DNA of 64,000 nucleotides from Batkoa obscura (taxonomy: Eukaryota). The translations under genes were made by a program, and so were the position numbers. Positions within the stretch are counted from its first letter, which is position 1. Every line of letters starts with the position of its first letter. The stretch covers positions 248,001 through 312,000 of the forward strand of contig JASVEC010000027.1 in the NCBI GenBank assembly GCA_030770535.1. The letters run 5' to 3'. Of this stretch, positions 51,326 to 64,000 are shown piece after piece. Under the pieces are notes generated by a model. That model was not told the origin of the DNA and did not search any database. It worked only from the letters and a program-made list of their open reading frames with translations.

Positions 51326-51718
51326 ATAATAATACAATCATTAATTTTATTTATATTTGCCTGAACCTTCTGTTGTTCCTGATTTATGAAAAAATTAATT
51401 CACTCTCAAACTTTTCTATTATCCTCGTTTACAATCTATCATCTTCACTTACAATCCCTTTTCTATAAAAAGCCTTATAAAGCCTTTACTTCCTCTAAAG
51501 AAAGTAAAATATTATAGAATAAACTGTAATAAATAAATAGCAATTTATTAAAACTTTACTGATTGATTAGTTATAATTAGCAAATTTTTGGTTTATTACA
51601 TGGTTAACTAAATTAATCAAGCTTAACTACATACACTGCAATAAAGTATGATATTGGGTTAACGTATTCAATTATAATACTTTTTTTAGAATTTTCTAAA
51701 ATAGTGCTAGTATTTATA

Positions 51719-51822
51719 TATGGGGATGTATTTCTTGTTTAAGAATTTTACTAATAATCTTTCTGCTGAAATAGCGCTTAAAAGATAGGAGAAACAATGA
51801 AGCCAAAAAAAACGCCTTCATA
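51719..51822 (+). mobile_element. MITE family A copy
   Basis: tatggggatgtatttc...aaatagcgcttaaaaga...aaaaacgccttcata. Confidence 0.85.
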
Positions 51823-54800
51823 TGATTGTTAATTCTTAAATAATAACTTGTTTTTAAATAAATTACTTTTAGATATAAGCAATCTAAATTTTTGTAAAAT
51901 ATATATATATACTCTTTTTTATATAATAATTTATTTAAACTCTATTAATATTTTATTACTAAAATTATATATATATAGCGTACTAAATGAGTATTCATAG
52001 CATATTAACCTATCGTTACATTCTATTAAATTAAAATTGTTTAATAGCCACATAAATATAAACTACTTTCTATGCATTTAATATCTACATGGCTTTATCT
52101 ACAGGATTTTCACTTTGTCAATTTTATGCTATAATTTTATCCAAACTTTATCATTTTTTCACAGAAAACACATTTAAATTTTTCATACATAATTTATCCA
52201 CGGAACATCATCTCAAAAATGACACAGTAAACTTACAATTTTTAAACCATTATTACTTGGTATAATTTCAAAATGTTTTAAATTAATATTAAGCTATATT
52301 ATTAGTTTTGCATGGCCACTATATATTTCACGTTTAGCTCAAGTGTTATGATCGGGCTATATTTACTGATTTTCTAAGAACATAATATAAAATATAGTTG
52401 TTTAAAAATAGCCCATGGTGTTTAAGCATTAAAGCATACAAGCTATCTTTTATCATGCAGGCTAGTTTTTCATTTCATATATGTTTAAAGGATCTAACAT
52501 ACTTAATCTTTTGAGTAAATTACCAGTTATTTATCTATACATTAATATTTTTAATAAAAATCAAAAATATTTAGCATAAAAAGATCCTTTAAAAATTTAA
52601 CCAATAGATCATCCAGCCCCAATGTTAAATAACAAGTGAAAAAATAATAAAAATAAGAGGATAATCATAGGCTCTTTCTTTAGTGGTATGTTTTACTTTC
52701 CTCTTTGCTCAAACAAGCATTTTTATGGCATTTTTTTACATCTGAGCTTATTAGACTTTGATTTTTTGGTTTATCAAAAACTAAGTTTCTTAACCCAAGT
52801 TTATTACTGTTTTTTAATAACTTAATGTAAAAGTTTTCTGATCGTATTTAACCTTAGCCTGTGAAATTTCGAAATTTTTTTCTTAATGTTTACTCTATGA
52901 CAGCATTAAAAAAACAGTGGTCACAACTTTATTATCAACCTTCCATTTAAAGATCCTAGAATGATATACTATGCTCCTTTTGTCAAAGTTCTTTCAATTA
53001 TTCAAACCTAATCCTTTTTATAACTAGCCTTCTATTTCCATTCCGCCTATTCTTAAGCTTTTATCGTCATGACTTCTCTCTGAGGCACTCATCTTTACAA
53101 TACTAAACTATTGGCATATGATATTTATATCTCTTCTTTACCTCCTACCTCCCCGTTCTATTTTTAGATATGTCTCTACTGAACTGAATATAGGTTCACA
53201 AAGTTGAAGCTATCCATGACTAAATAGGTACCTGAAAATCAGAGTTTCATCCTATAGTCTATTAGCTATCTCCCTACATATCCTACTCTCTTTGCTTACT
53301 TTTTCATTTTGGCTCAACGTTACTTTACTTTTTTCTATAAAACACTTAGGAGTCTTTGGATCTTTCAAGTTTTTAAAAGTGTCTCATTTATATAGTCTTT
53401 ACTGTAATCTATAAAATTAATTTATATTAAAAAGTTATTTATTTAAACACATTTCTTATAAAATATAAGTACTTAAAAGCGTAAATATTTTAATTTTGCT
53501 AATTAAATAATTAGAAAAAGTCAGAGATGTATTAAATTGGTGTAATTACAAAATAGAATGCTTTATGTTTCATAACGAAATCCAAAACAAATTTTGCATA
53601 TTCAAGCAAAATAAAAAATAGAAATACACAAATTTAGAAAAAGAATACCCTATTAAAGAAATTATAGCCAAACGATAACTTGACATTTATAGTTTCTTTT
53701 ATAAAATTGATGCACTAAAGCTTAATTTCTTAAATTTAATTTTAGTGGTATCAATAATGTGCATTAAAATGCTATCAATGTTTTTTATAAAAGTTCAAAT
53801 TAATTTGTATAGTTTTTATATTTATAATATCTAAACTTGAAGTTTAGTAAATGTAGCTCAACTTTGAAGAGTTAAAATGAATAAATAAAGTGGTAAATAG
53901 TAGTAATATAACAATATTAGTCAGTTTTGTCGGAATTATAATTTATAAAAGTAAAGTGATTAATAAATATCATTACATTGAGCTGAATTTAAAACCAAAC
54001 GATCTATCAATAATTTTACTAATGCAAATATAACTTATAGATTGCAAGCCTCTAAATTCACTTCAATTATGGCTTGAATTTTTATTATAATACCTAAAGT
54101 TTGCTACTTCTAGCAGGTACCCCGAAATTTAATATAACGACATTATCCATTGTTGATGTTTCAAAAAATGGGAACTAAACCTTAATGCTAACCATAAATA
54201 TTACAAAGCAGTCAAGTCCCTGTTTATTAAAATAACACAACTTTTTTCTCACACCAAAGCCATTAATGCAAAGTTTACTATTTCATTTATTTACAATTCT
54301 AAATCTATTATCTTATTAGTGTTTACTAGTGAGTAAAAATAACTACAACGTGATAAAAAGTTGAAAAATTACACAATTATTATAATATTATTCGTTTAAC
54401 ATAGAAATAAATAAAAATAAATAAAAATAAATAAAAATAAATTAATATTAATATATATATGCAATAAATAAATGTTAATTTTCTGATTATACAATAATAT
54501 TCTTTCATGAGATATGACCGTTAATTCACTTCAAAAGGCTTATTATATCATCATAACTATATTACCATTTTAAATTAAGCTAATTGTAATATATCTGTTT
54601 CACCAACACATTAGAAGTTTGTTCTATTTCAGTTGAAACAATTTTAATTTGATTTCACCACACTCAATACATTATATAAAAAATATAATGTAAAGGCATG
54701 TTGTTAGTTGAAATACCATATCTTTTTTATTATTTGCATACTGTAATGATTGAAAGTTATTTTAATGTTAAATAAAGTTTTCTTGTTCTTCGCTTTAGAT

Positions 54801-55942
54801 GCTACTAGAATAAATGACATACATCGTATAAAACAACTTAAATGTGATCAAAAATGAGAACTTTTTATTTGTTAAGTGATTTCTTTATAGAAAATTAGAA
54901 TGAAATCCTTTGGTTATAATATTTTTGTTATTCCTTTAGCAATAATATTTTTGTTTTAAATTTATACTAAGCTTTGGTAGTTAGTCTCACTAGAACCTTA
55001 ATTGTTTGAAACCAATTCTACAAATGTTTATTTTATAAGCATTTAAAGTTACTATCACCTACAAGTTGCCTAATCTATGGCTTATGAAATCCAATGCTTA
55101 TTTTAATATATTAAACACCTCAGTCATATCTATTTATCGCTACCTATCCCCTCTTCTTTACATATTGTTAAGCTGAAAGGAGAAATTAAAGCAAGTTATG
55201 CAACTAGAAACATATTCCTAAATTCGAGAATAATTTTAAAATAGTATACAGAAGCAATACATTGACTTATCTTTAGGTACTATTTGCACTTGATAATGTT
55301 TTGAATGATTCAACCAGGACCGGTTTCTAGCTATAAAAGGCAACTTCGTTTGTTTCCATGAATGAAAAGTTAAAACTCACCAACCAATCAAATTGAATAA
55401 AAATAAGCTTATTTAATTTAGAATAAGCTAAGGGTACTGTAAAATAAGGCTTGACCTCAAAAACAATAGAAATATTATATTACTGTATTGAGCATAAATT
55501 ATTCGAAGCCGGTGGAATAATGGTCCAATTGGTGTAACTTATAGATAAAGAGTCCCATATTTATTTATGTAATGGTGGTTGAACTACTATGCTATATCGA
55601 ATCCTCAGGGTTCCGCTATTGATAATAAATGAATTAGCGTACTGAAATTAAACTACAAAATCAAAGATACAAATACCTGGCTGTGTGGGAAACAATTGGT
55701 GATGAGGTGAAGGTAGCACAATAGATTTCAAAAGTTAGGCTTTAATGCCTTACAAAATCCGAATTTTTATTAATTTACTTTTATTGGTACATTAAAAACA
55801 GCTTTAATGAAAAGTAAAATCAAAAAAGGTTGTGCAAAAGTTAGCATAAAGTATAAATTAAATTAAATTTCTCAATTTCTATTATTTTTATTTTTTATTT
55901 TATTTTATTGTTAATTTATAATCTATACGCTAAATATATTGA

Positions 55943-56872
55943 ATGGATCCTTCAAAGATTATGAATCATAATAACCAAACGATGACTACAAGTGAAGCAA
56001 TGAGCCAAGGCTATTATTACCCTTCGAGCTACTTAGTAGATAACGATATGAACTCACATATGATGATGAATAATTTTAACTATAATCTACAACATTATAA
56101 TGCGTACCAAGAAGAGGTCTATAGTAGTGTACCTCAGCCCTCTTTTTCTCAATCTCCAGTTCAGCTTGACCATTCCGATCCAAACCCATTATGGATTCCT
56201 CCAGCACAGATGGTACCTATAAGCGCTTATATGAGCCAAGGTAACGAAAGCAATGATCTTATGATTTCTCCAGAGATGGAAGATATGACTTTAGACTACC
56301 AGCAAAAGCTAGAAAACTACAACTCGAAGTACCAGCATAATAAATATGCCAAAGATGGAGGCTGGAATATGGAACTTGAAAATAAAAGTATAATCCAAAT
56401 GCAAGAAAGTATAAGAGAAAGGGCAGAAAACTGGAGCCCAATTGAGACTCAACATTTCGTTAGTGCTATACTAAAGTATAAAAAAGAGATGAAAGAGATG
56501 CGTAAACATCCTGAAGTATGGGAAAAATTATCTTTAGAAATGAAAAGACAAGGCTACGAAAGATCGTTATCTAGATGTAAAAACAAATGGAAATCCTTAG
56601 TTGCTAAGTTTAAAAAGTTAAGTAAAGATATCTTAGACTCCCCAGATATATCGACTAAAGCTCAACTAGCACTTGATTCGGAACCCTTTTTAAGTTTGAA
56701 TGAAATACTTCAACATTCTTATCAACAAACTGACTCTGGATTAGTCAAGAAATACAAATCAGGATTTGTTAAGGCTCTTCACAAAGAGCAAACTCTATCT
56801 TTTCAATTTCACCCCGAAAACTCTGGTATAGATGATGACAAACTTCCCACCTTTACACAGTTTCAGTTATAG
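55943..56872 (+). CDS. Myb/SANT-like (trihelix) DNA-binding protein, paralogue of 763..1893
   Basis: IRERAENWSPIETQHFV...RKHPEVWEKLS..MKRQGYERSLSRCKNKWKSLVAKFKK. Confidence 0.85.
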   Translation: MDPSKIMNHNNQTMTTSEAMSQGYYYPSSYLVDNDMNSHMMMNNFNYNLQHYNAYQEEVYSSVPQPSFSQSPVQLDHSDPNPLWIPPAQMVPISAYMSQGNESNDLMISPEMEDMTLDYQQKLENYNSKYQHNKYAKDGGWNMELENKSIIQMQESIRERAENWSPIETQHFVSAILKYKKEMKEMRKHPEVWEKLSLEMKRQGYERSLSRCKNKWKSLVAKFKKLSKDILDSPDISTKAQLALDSEPFLSLNEILQHSYQQTDSGLVKKYKSGFVKALHKEQTLSFQFHPENSGIDDDKLPTFTQFQL

Positions 56873-59800
56873 ATAACTTACGATCATGTTAAACTTTTAA
56901 TTAATTTCTTTTTGAAAAATAATATAAATTTTGTTCCTTTCACACCCCTTTTCTATATTTTGCAGTAATAAAATCTATTTGGCGGATATTTAAGTTTTTT
57001 ATTAGATTATTTTAGTTTAGTTTTAAAATATCTGCATAAAGATGATTCGACTATTGTAACAAGCTGGTCAATTGTTAAAATATGATATAGTATACCATGG
57101 AGCCTATAATTCCATCAAATCAAAGGAAAATTATTGTTAATTATATTCAATCTAAACTGAACATTAAAATAGGTATTAGTCGCTATTATTGGATAACTTT
57201 AGTGGATGGTAGAAATATTTATTTATGCTTCAAGTCTTTTATGGAAGTGTATGAGCTTATTCTTTATTCCATGTTTAGTATATTTAATGAAGAAAATTAT
57301 CATTCTTTATCTATGACATTATCACATTTTACTCAACGTTTGGAGTTGTTCAAGATATTTTTTTATTTCAGAATATATTAGGCTACATTTAACTTTATTT
57401 GAAATAAAGAATAACAGTAATAATTTCTCCTTTTAATATTGATATCATATTACTTAACTTTATATTAGACCTTTGCATTATATGAATTATTTTAAAGTAG
57501 GTTAGTAGTATCAAAATATTGATAATATAAGAATTTAGTTTAATTTTAAAAACTAACTGAATTTTAAGCTTACTTAAATTTTCGATAAATTTTAAATTTT
57601 ATTATAGCTTTTTGCAGTAAACTTATTCTCTGTTTAGCTCACTAGTTTAAACTAAAAATACCATAGTCAAAATGGCACTTTTTCCCCAAATATGTTTATA
57701 TCCGTGATGTCTCAAGTTATCGTGTAATATTATAAAAATTATTCACTTGAGTCATCTTGATTCGGTTCTATTTATTCTAAAAATTCAATTATTATTTTGG
57801 ACATCTTACTACTATATAAGTACAATAAGTTAAAGAGACTTTTTTTCAATATTATGTTATCTTAATGATTAGTAATATTATCGTTATACGTAGAAGGTGG
57901 TGCGATCATATATTGAAATCGAACAGATGAAGTAAGCCAATTCTTTTATCTAGAGATAGTATCAAGTGTCATTTAAGATTTATTGTTTATTAATTTTTTA
58001 AGTTATGTTCTGTTTTAAAGAAGATTTATATTGCATTTTAAAGTTTATTATTTTTACTATTATAAGAACTGATTGAAACTCCATCTCTTGATTTCTTATT
58101 TTTCCCAAATTTACTGAACTCCGTGCATATTATCGAAGTATGACAATATCAACTTTAAATATAATAGTAACTACATTGATCAATTAATATATTAAAAGTG
58201 GTCACAAAAATGTTTTAATTTTATGTGAGACAATTGATAGTGGGTCCAATTCATTTTTCATTCTAGCTAACTTACAATCTATACTATCATTTCAAAGTAG
58301 TTTATTTCTTTTGAATAAACTTGTTTGATGCAATTTTTATTTAGTTCATTTAACATGTTTATTAGATTTTTAGTCAAAATATTTCAAATAAATAAACGGG
58401 AATAATACTAAACTAAAGATCATTCAACATATTAAAAATGTACAATGAGAACAATTTTGGCGGTCTATTGTTTAATTTATAATAAATAATAAAAGTTTAC
58501 TTTTTTTATTGAATTTTGTTTTATTAAAGTAACTATTAAAATTGTGATTATTTTATAACTTTAAAATTTCCTAAATTTGACAAATTAGAAAAAAAAGGCT
58601 TATAAAATTGGTTAGAATATACATAAATCAACGAAAATTAACAAAAATTCGCTAAAACTCGACAATTTAAAAGTTAATCTCAAAAAGTAAAAAATAGAGT
58701 AAGTTAAAAAAACCTGGGTCCGATCTCTTGGCATATTATCTTTCCATTAAATAATAAATTATCTGAGCGGATGGCGTTTTCTGGGCAATCAATTATTTAG
58801 GTACCAATTCTGAAGAGATCAATTCTCTTGCTTGCTGACCACACAACCTATCTTAATATTACTAACATTTAATAAATATACTTGCGCTTTTGGGTTCAAA
58901 ATTTAAAAAAAATAGAAAAACCTCTCTACAACTCTAATGATATTAATTCTCGGTAAAGACATAAATTAGTTTAGACCTATTTTTTAAGAAAAACTTAGAA
59001 ATGATTTAAAGAACTCCCGATTATTTTATTATTGAAAGTAGATATAAAGAAGATGACTAGAAGAGTGGGTGTTAAAGGTAAGAGGTGGTGCGTGAGGAAG
59101 GTGAAAAAAGATGAACTAATCAATAAGATAATTGGTGGAAGATACTTCAATTTCAAAGTACCCGCTTTCGCTTTTGATAAGGTAAGCTTAGTTGCTTTGA
59201 ATTCAGTTTTGTACAAGGTTATTGAATTATTGAGTTATTAAGTAAACTGAGGCTGGGCTTTGGTCCTTTAAAATTAGAAAAATAGATAAAAAAGTTGTAG
59301 AATAAAAAATCAACGTTAGTTATTAAATTATTTTAACCACTTAAACGTTTATTTTATAGCTTAATATTATGTTATGCAATGACCTATTATTTATCTAATT
59401 ATTGAATTAGATAATTTATTTTGATAATAAACTATTTAGGGGTTTACGCTCTTACAATAAGATAAAAAATATAGTTTTATTATACAACATAAAACCACTT
59501 TTTTTTAATAAACCATTAAATTCTAGTTAAAGCAAAAAAGTTTCATTTTTTTTTAAAATCTTCAAAATTCTTAATCATTTTTATTATTATTAGTTTTTCA
59601 TTTAAACTAAAATAAAATAATTTTAAGATTAGTTTGAATAAAGATTTTAAAAAATATTAAATAGTTAAGAAAAATGAAACTTATTACTTTTGATAATTAA
59701 GTTTTTTTTGATAAAGAACTGATTTTGATCTTATTGAAGATCAACAAATTTAAAAAAGGTTCTAAATCAAAGTTCAGATGGAATCTTTATGAAATTTTAA

Positions 59801-60173
59801 AAAACAACTGATATTCTAAAAGTAAGTTTGATGGTTTCAAAAATTAGCATCAACAATATAGCGGGATTATGAAATAAACACATAAAGTTGAAGTATTAAA
59901 GTTAATTCAAATACTAAAGATACAGTATTTTTTACCTACCGCATCTATTTCTAAAAATAAATTTGAACAGACAGCTAAACTTTCAATAATAATTCAAAAA
60001 ATAAACAAGTAATGAGGTTTTAATAATGAAAATCATTTGATTCATGTTATAAATTATTTGTTTTTGTTTAATTTTGTTTTAGTTGATTATTCTATTTTGT
60101 TCTGATTGATTGTTCTATTTTTTTTATAGTTTGTTGAAATATTTTTCTTGAAATAAATGTGATAGATTGAAAA

Positions 60174-60276
60174 TATGGGGATGTATTTTTTTGTTTAAGA
60201 ATTTTACTAACAATCTTTCTGCTCAAATAGCGCTTAAAAAATGGAAAAGGTGATGAAACCAAAAAATATCCCCATT
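60174..60276 (+). mobile_element. MITE family A copy
   Basis: tatggggatgtattttt...aaaaatatccccat. Confidence 0.9.
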
Positions 60277-60908
60277 TTATAATCAATTATTTGACTATTG
60301 TAATTTACCAACTTTATCAGATTTCTACTCACAAAATCATAAAACACTTTATATTAATATGGTTTTTAAATTATCAATTTTTAATTACTATATGATTTTA
60401 AGACGCTTTTACTTATAATAGTTATACTATTAATACTTGTCTTTAGTTTTATTAGTTTTAAAAAGGTTATTATAATGGATCTTTATTATTCTAATTATTT
60501 TTTTTAATAAAAAACTATCTATTGATAGGAGTTAGATAGCTTTTGTTTTATAATAAGTTTACTTTAGCCAAATCCTCCTTTCTTTAAAATTATTGTAGCT
60601 ATTAAATTTCAAATGTTAGATAGTTTTATTAGATTCTTAGATTATTGAATTAGTTAAAGCTACTTCATCTCTATTTCATAGTAGTTAGTGATAATTTTTA
60701 CAGTTATTTAATTTGTATAATTAAAATTCTTAAACCTTAATCTTTTATTTTATTGAATTTTGGCATTTGTTTTACTATTAAATACACAGTTAAATAGTCC
60801 GCAAACTGATAAAATAGCTGTATTTTAATTTTGGTGAAATAAATTTAATTTAAATTTGAAATTTTTTGAAATTTCATTTTTTTATTAATTTTCAAACAAA
60901 AAATAAGG

Positions 60909-63696
60909 ATGGGTAAAAGTAAAAAGAAACAAAAATCGGAAGACTTTAAAGTAAGTGAAATCTAATAAATGATAATAATAATAATTAATATTAAATATAG
61001 AAACCTAAATTAAAAGTTGGTAAAAAGAAAGGGTTTGCTGAAAATCATACGGATACTTCATTTAAATCAAAAAGTAAAAATATTCTTTACTTTATTACAA
61101 TTAAATGATGATTTATACTTTTTTCTATAGCCATCTCCTTACCTAATCAGTCCGTTACATTGGATAAAAGCCAACAAATAACCACATCAAGAAATTTGAC
61201 TATTAAAGAATTATTTTTGCAATTAAAACATAATAATGCTAATGTAAGAAAAGGTAAAATAAGATGATTTTTATAAATATTTTTATTTTCTGATAAAATT
61301 ATTTTAGATGCTGTACTTGGAATTAAAGAATTACTAAATAATCATCAAGTTTTATTATTGGTTTATATAAAGGATTTAACGGATATCATTTGTCGAATGA
61401 TGTTAGATGAAGTAATCTATTTGTTTTAAATATTAAACAGGTTTAAATAACATTAAACTAAAAGGATCCAATTGTTCGAAAATTAAGTTTAGAATTATGT
61501 GAAGAAAATATCAGTTCAATTAAAAAAGTAAATTATTGTTATTATTACTATAATGAAGATGGAATTTATAGTATTTAAGGAAACAATAGCTCCTTATTTA
61601 GATAAATTAATATTATATACATGTAATGGAATGACTCATTTATATGAAGATATACGTGAAGATGCTATGTTATTTTTAACCTTTTGGTTAAAATTAGATG
61701 TTAATTTAGCTAAGAAATATAATGATAAAGTAAGATAAATCAAAATGTTTTTTATTAAAGTTAATATCAGTTTTAATTAGATCCTTCCTAATTTTTTTCA
61801 ATTATTAAAAATTGGCTCAATTACTAAGGCTTCCCATGAAAAAGGTAATATTTTATATTAAATTTTAAAAAAATTTTATTAAAAAAAATTTTAGATTCAT
61901 TTTCAAAAGCTAAAGGTCAAATTTGGTCTAAGAAAGTAATTTTATTTAGTACTTTAATTAAAATTTATAATGTATTTAATATACTATTTATTTAGTCAAG
62001 AGTTAAAATGTTAGAAAATTTAGAAAGTTATTTAAATTTATTAAGTCAAGATGCATTAAGCGAGTAAGTTTAATATACTATTAATATTAAAGTTATTTAT
62101 TAATTATTATTGTTATTATACAGAGATTGGTATTTACAATCTTTTTTAAATGAAAAAAACATTAAATTAGTATTAAATGAATATCAAAATCAACAAAAAA
62201 TTAATCTAGTAGAACAAGATTATTTAAAATCTTCCATTTATATGGGATTTGAGTATTTAATTAATAATAATAATAATAATTTTTTAAATGATTTGGATTT
62301 AAAAAAAGAAGATTTAATAATTGAGGTAATCTATAACATTTATTTAATAATGATAATTGATTTTAATTTATCAATTATTTTATTTAGTCTATACCAACAT
62401 TATATGAAAGTTTAATGTCCTTTTGGGTAGAAACATATTCGAATGTGTTGATTAATACAACTAGAATTAATTACTCAGAAGATTTAAAGTGCTTAAATTG
62501 TATATTAAAATTAATTTTATGGATTTGGAGATATCAAATTCATCAAATCAAAGATTTCAAAGTAAATTTAATTTAATTTAATTAATATTTTACAATAATT
62601 AATTAATTGATTCATTTCTATTTTATATAGAATTTATCAACACAATTTTCAAGTTTAAAAAAATTTGTATTACCTTATTTTCCATTTGCTTCGGACATGA
62701 CATTGTCACAAGATTCAAGAGTAATTTTAATTCATTATAATAATATTATTATAACAAGGTTAATCTTAACCCTTTATATTTAGGTATCAACGATTATATT
62801 AGAAATGAATATAATGGTCACTGAAATCTCTGGGTTATATTTATTAATTTATAAAGAAGTGGATTCTAAGTTATTTCAACGTATATTTGAACATTTATTA
62901 ACTATATTAAGTTACAAAAAAGATTCAATACAAAGTATTTCATTAAATTATTTTAATTCAATTTTACCTTCTTTAGCTTGGTTTTTAAATTCAGGAGATA
63001 AAAAAACAATTGGAATTTTATTAGAGGTAATAAATATAAATATAAATATAAATATATTTATATATCATGATATTAATAATACTAATAATATTGATAATAA
63101 TTAGGCTGTAATTGATTTTTCAATTTATTGTATAAATACTGAAGTACAATATGAATGTATTCGATTTTTAAGTAAAATAATTCAATTACAATCTCATCCC
63201 GATTTTAATGGCACAATTAAATTATTTCAAGTTTACAATGAAAAAGATGAAATTATTTTAAATTGGATTATTAAATTAATGAAGTTATTAACTAATAATT
63301 TATTAAATAAATCATCTAATGAAATGAATAAAGTAAGTATTTTTATTTAATATATAAATTATAATTTATTTTATAAATTTCATTTTTTTATAGGTAATTA
63401 TTAAATTATGGTTTCATATTATTAGGTTTGAAAACATTGATAATATATTAATACCAATTCAAAATTCACTTATTGATTTATTTATAATCAAAGATCAATC
63501 GATTCCATTATTCAATTTAAATCAAGAAGATTTACAATTGTTTTTTAATTCATTTTCTTTTATGTTAGGATTATCCAAATCACTTTATAGTCAATTTAAT
63601 CAACTTAAAAAAAATATTAATGAGTTCAAAAATAATCAAAATATTGAACAGATAAGCGTGAACGGTTTAATTAAGGTATTGGATAATATTCCATAA
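60909..63696 (+). CDS. IPI1: Pre-rRNA processing protein Ipi1/TEX10 (Rix1 complex), many short introns
   Basis: MGKSKKKQKSEDFK|KPKLKVGKKK...NHTDTSFKSK.ISLPNQS...LKHNNANVRK|DAVLGIKELL...GMTHLYEDIREDAM; last exon 63394-63696 ends in TAA. Confidence 0.88.
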
Positions 63697-64000
63697 CTTT
63701 TTTTAATATTTAAATATACAGATATCATAGATTAAATTATAGATTAAATTATAGATTTATTTTTTATTTTTATTAGTTATTAAATTGTTAAATTAAATTA
63801 ATAATAATGGTATTTTACTTTATTTTATTTTATTTCTTAATATATTTATATTTACAAATGTAAAATTATAATGTCCATTAATTTTTTTTACTCTTGAAAA
63901 GCTGATGCCTCAAGTATTTTATTAACTAAAATAAAAGCAAAATATTTAAATTAATGAATTTAAGGGATAAAGGCATTAATAGGAACAGTCTGTTAAGGTA

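Noticed and set aside
57097..57381. 94-aa ORF
   Set aside because: No recognisable motifs and intergenic-like composition; cannot be supported as a gene
58721..58820. Possible C/D-box snoRNA (terminal stem gatctctt/aagagatc with CTGA)
   Set aside because: No RTGATGA box C after the 5' stem; better explained as a decayed exon on the minus strand
1..64000. tRNA, rRNA, snRNA genes or CRISPR arrays
   Set aside because: No cloverleaf with A/B boxes, rRNA or U-snRNA signature, or regularly spaced repeat-spacer array was seen by eye; tRNAscan-SE/Infernal would be needed to exclude them

Overview
This is a very AT-rich eukaryotic window with many short (~45-60 nt) GT-AG introns. The gene content is fungal (Zn2Cys6 TF, Opi1, CYP); an early-diverging lineage such as Entomophthoromycotina/Conidiobolus-like is my inference. 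Housekeeping genes are PGK, UBC9, mitochondrial uS19, Mix17/CHCHD2, an MFSD10-like transporter, mid-SUN Slp1, Opi1, a FabG-like SDR and Ipi1. There are two dispersed pairs of intronless paralogues (Myb/SANT-like and macrodomain), several pseudogenes including a CYP with a frameshift and two broken splice acceptors, at least 12 copies of a ~100 bp MITE, and other fold-back elements. The most striking feature is at 29.0-32.5 kb. A solo-LTR-like repeat is nested inside an older copy of itself and is split by a ~1.3 kb GC-richer, intronless cassette. The cassette encodes a secreted Cys-rich 312-aa protein with Kex2/furin-type dibasic sites and ends in a ~210 nt A-rich tract. This architecture resembles an endogenised killer-toxin (M-satellite dsRNA-like) cDNA placed just behind an LTR TATA box. 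Exon boundaries were read by eye and no database searches were run.
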